From the NCBI GenBank assembly GCA_900545405.1, contig UQYT01000001.1:49219-113218 (forward strand): a DNA stretch of 64,000 nt. Reading direction: 5' to 3'. Shown here piece by piece: positions 62,282-64,000 of the stretch (positions within the stretch are counted from its first letter, which is position 1; each line of letters opens with the position of its first letter). The translations under genes and the position numbers were made by a program. Origin of the DNA: an uncultured Eubacteriales bacterium. GTDB lineage: Bacteria > Bacillota > Clostridia > Oscillospirales > Oscillospiraceae. The notes beneath the pieces were generated by a model. It did not search any database, had not been told where the DNA came from, and worked only from the letters and a program-made list of their open reading frames with translations.

Positions 62282-62968
62282 TCATGTCCCCGAACCAGCC
62301 AACCACTCAGGGACAGTATTAAGGCGGATCGGAAGCAGAGGCTCCCGTATCTGCCCTTCCAGTTTGCTGCAAAGTCCCTCCAGCGCGCAGACGAAGAGCG
62401 CCTCCTCGCCGGGGAACAGTCCGCTGAAACGGCGGAGGCCCTCCAGGACATCCTCCGGCCGCGTATCAGGGCCAAGATTGGGGTTTGCGACCAGGCTGAA
62501 GCCGGAGAGCCTCGCCGCGCCGAGCACACGGCGCATGGTCACGTCTATGTCCTCCCTACTGCCGGACCAGGGGCGGAACGGGTTCACGATGTAGAGCACG
62601 CGGGTATTCTCCCCGTTGAGGAGGTGCGAGAACTGCCCTATCATGTGCGAACCGTGCGCACCGCCGCCGATGTCCATGAGCACGGCGGAGGACTCGTCCC
62701 TCAGCGTCTCAATGACGCCGGAGGCGACGGTGGGCGCGTCGAGATACTGGGCCTGGAAGTGGAACACCACTCCCTCCCTCTCGAGCTGCGCCTCGCAGTC
62801 GCGCGCGCGGAAAAGCGGCTTGGTCTGGTCCATGTCGAAGAAATGCACCCGGCGTCCCCCCTCCCGCGCCATGCGCAGGGCAAGATTGACCGCCGTCTCC
62901 GTCTTGCCGGAGCCGGCCTCGCCAATGAAAACCAGGTTTTTCTGTTCGGGTACTTTGAACTCAGCCAT
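62282..62968 (-). CDS. P-loop NTPase of unknown function, possibly GPN-loop/MinD-like. Probably first gene of the second oxidoreductase operon.
   Basis: Walker A VFIGEAGSGKTET; about 229 aa from MAEFKV. Same strand as the ferredoxin gene and 40 nt upstream of it. Confidence 0.5.
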   Translation of the reverse strand: MAEFKVPEQKNLVFIGEAGSGKTETAVNLALRMAREGGRRVHFFDMDQTKPLFRARDCEAQLEREGVVFHFQAQYLDAPTVASGVIETLRDESSAVLMDIGGGAHGSHMIGQFSHLLNGENTRVLYIVNPFRPWSGSREDIDVTMRRVLGAARLSGFSLVANPNLGPDTRPEDVLEGLRRFSGLFPGEEALFVCALEGLCSKLEGQIREPLLPIRLNTVPEWLAGSGT

Positions 62969-63097
62969 ATTGAACCGCCGTTTCTGAAAGGTTTGTGCCG
63001 CGCGCCGCGGCCTGTCGCTATTATTATAAATGCTTTCCGGGCGAAACACCAGACCAAATCGTTACGTATTAAAGTCCTGAATTCCGCATATTACGCA

Positions 63098-63128
63098 AAA
63101 ATCCCCGGCTTAGCCGGAGATTTTTGCG
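63098..63128. terminator. Terminator-like palindrome AAAAATCCCCGGCTTAGCCGGAGATTTTT downstream of the minus-strand membrane protein gene.
   Basis: Inverted repeat flanked by an A-run and a T-run. Confidence 0.4.
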
Positions 63129-63143
63129 ATTTGGTTTTGATTT

Positions 63144-63989
63144 TTACATATCCACGCCGGGGTCTGCGATATTCTTCTTTTTGAGGTACTTTTTGCTGAT
63201 CTTGTGTCCGCCGATGATGATCGCGGGCAGGACAATGATGGGCAGGTTCAGGTATCCGAGGATCGTGTAGCCCTTGGAGACAAGGACCATGATGCCGAGC
63301 TTGGAGACCAGGGCGCAGGCGATGAGCATCACGCCGACGAAGATGGCATCGCGCAGGGAGCTCTTCTTGCCCTCCTTGGGCTGGTAGTACTTGCTGAAGC
63401 GCGCGACGCCCGCGAAGGCGAAGCCGACGACCGTGCTGAGGACGGCGATGAAGACGATGATTATGTACACGACGGTCAGCCAGTCGTAGCCGAGGCGCTG
63501 GAGCAGGGAGTAGAACGGAAGGTCCTCACTGGTGATGTCGTAGACGTTAGTGTAGCTGAAGAGCATCATGCAGAGGACTATGAGCAGAATGGTGTTGGCC
63601 AGGAAGCCGGTGACGGCGGCCTTCTTGGACTCGCGGCGGTTGGGGATGTCCTCGGCGACGGAGGCGATGTTGGCGACGATGGTGGCCTGGAAGCTGCCGT
63701 AGATTATGGCGCTCCAGAGCGCGCCGAGCCAGCTGCCGCTGCCCGCGTCGGAGAGGTTCTGAGCCTGGTTGGCGATGGAACCGGAGAGGTCGCCGTCGCC
63801 GTTCACGGCGAGCAGCACCATGATGACGAGCAGGATGCCCACGACTATGAACATCATGTAGGACGAGGCCGCGCGCACCAGCTTGGCGCCGTATGCGCAC
63901 AGCAGCATGGCGCAGACGATGATTATCGCGACGCCGAGCCAGTAGTTGATGCCGAAGTTATCCTCAAGCAGGACCGCCACAGCGTTCAT
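63144..63989 (-). CDS. Polytopic membrane protein (YkvI-like or permease-like). The N-terminus may extend beyond the window end.
   Basis: 281-aa ORF that is hydrophobic throughout. The reading frame is still open at 64000, so the start is not certain. Confidence 0.5.
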   Translation of the reverse strand: MNAVAVLLEDNFGINYWLGVAIIIVCAMLLCAYGAKLVRAASSYMMFIVVGILLVIMVLLAVNGDGDLSGSIANQAQNLSDAGSGSWLGALWSAIIYGSFQATIVANIASVAEDIPNRRESKKAAVTGFLANTILLIVLCMMLFSYTNVYDITSEDLPFYSLLQRLGYDWLTVVYIIIVFIAVLSTVVGFAFAGVARFSKYYQPKEGKKSSLRDAIFVGVMLIACALVSKLGIMVLVSKGYTILGYLNLPIIVLPAIIIGGHKISKKYLKKKNIADPGVDM

Positions 63990-64000
63990 GCTGCCGCTGG

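Noticed and set aside
62242-62529. N-terminal extension of the ferredoxin ORF, giving a 168-aa product.
   Set aside because: The extension is Arg/Ser/Ala-rich nonsense overlapping the upstream P-loop gene. The ferredoxin proper starts at MAKGKVEIY.

Overview
This is a 64-kb chromosomal segment from a high-G+C, spore-forming member of the Clostridia. Evidence for that placement: CwlD-like amidase, CotJA/B/C and YunB homologues, Firmicutes-style ribosome-binding sites, and an RNase P RNA with a bacterial-type P1 stem. It is probably an Oscillospiraceae/Ruminococcaceae-like gut anaerobe, but that is inference only. The high-G+C backbone encodes the following:
- a VanS/VanR-like two-component pair;
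- an aspartate aminotransferase;
- radA;
- a large peptidoglycan-recycling cluster (anmK, a beta-lactamase-fold serine hydrolase, murQ, nagZ, an ABC importer, a MurR/RpiR regulator and an L-Ala-D/L-Glu epimerase);
- a XerC-like recombinase;
- a lipoprotein/MBOAT/DHHW envelope-acylation module;
- fba and pfk;
- cotJ genes;
- two separate four-subunit 2-oxoacid:ferredoxin oxidoreductase operons;
- ligA, murD, rnpB and a MATE exporter.
From about 39.0 to 56.3 kb there is a roughly 17-kb block of visibly lower G+C that looks horizontally acquired. It carries a GH13 alpha-glucosidase, three Gfo/Idh/MocA oxidoreductases, a xylose-isomerase-like TIM-barrel protein, a sugar ABC transporter, a DeoC-family aldolase, a GH2 beta-galactosidase, a GntR regulator and a YesM/YesN-type two-component system. 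I read this block as a candidate oxidative (3-keto) glycoside or C-glycoside cleavage locus. Other items worth a second look:
- a P1B-type ATPase homologue that has lost its catalytic motifs and is co-transcribed with fba;
- a frameshifted membrane-protein gene at a C6 homopolymer;
- a PadR-associated DUF1700 gene interrupted by an in-frame amber codon;
- a CotJA-CotJB fusion;
- several uncharacterised proteins embedded in otherwise known operons.
No CRISPR array, tRNA, rRNA or obvious phage/transposon structural genes were seen. Many long antisense ORFs in the track are high-G+C artefacts.
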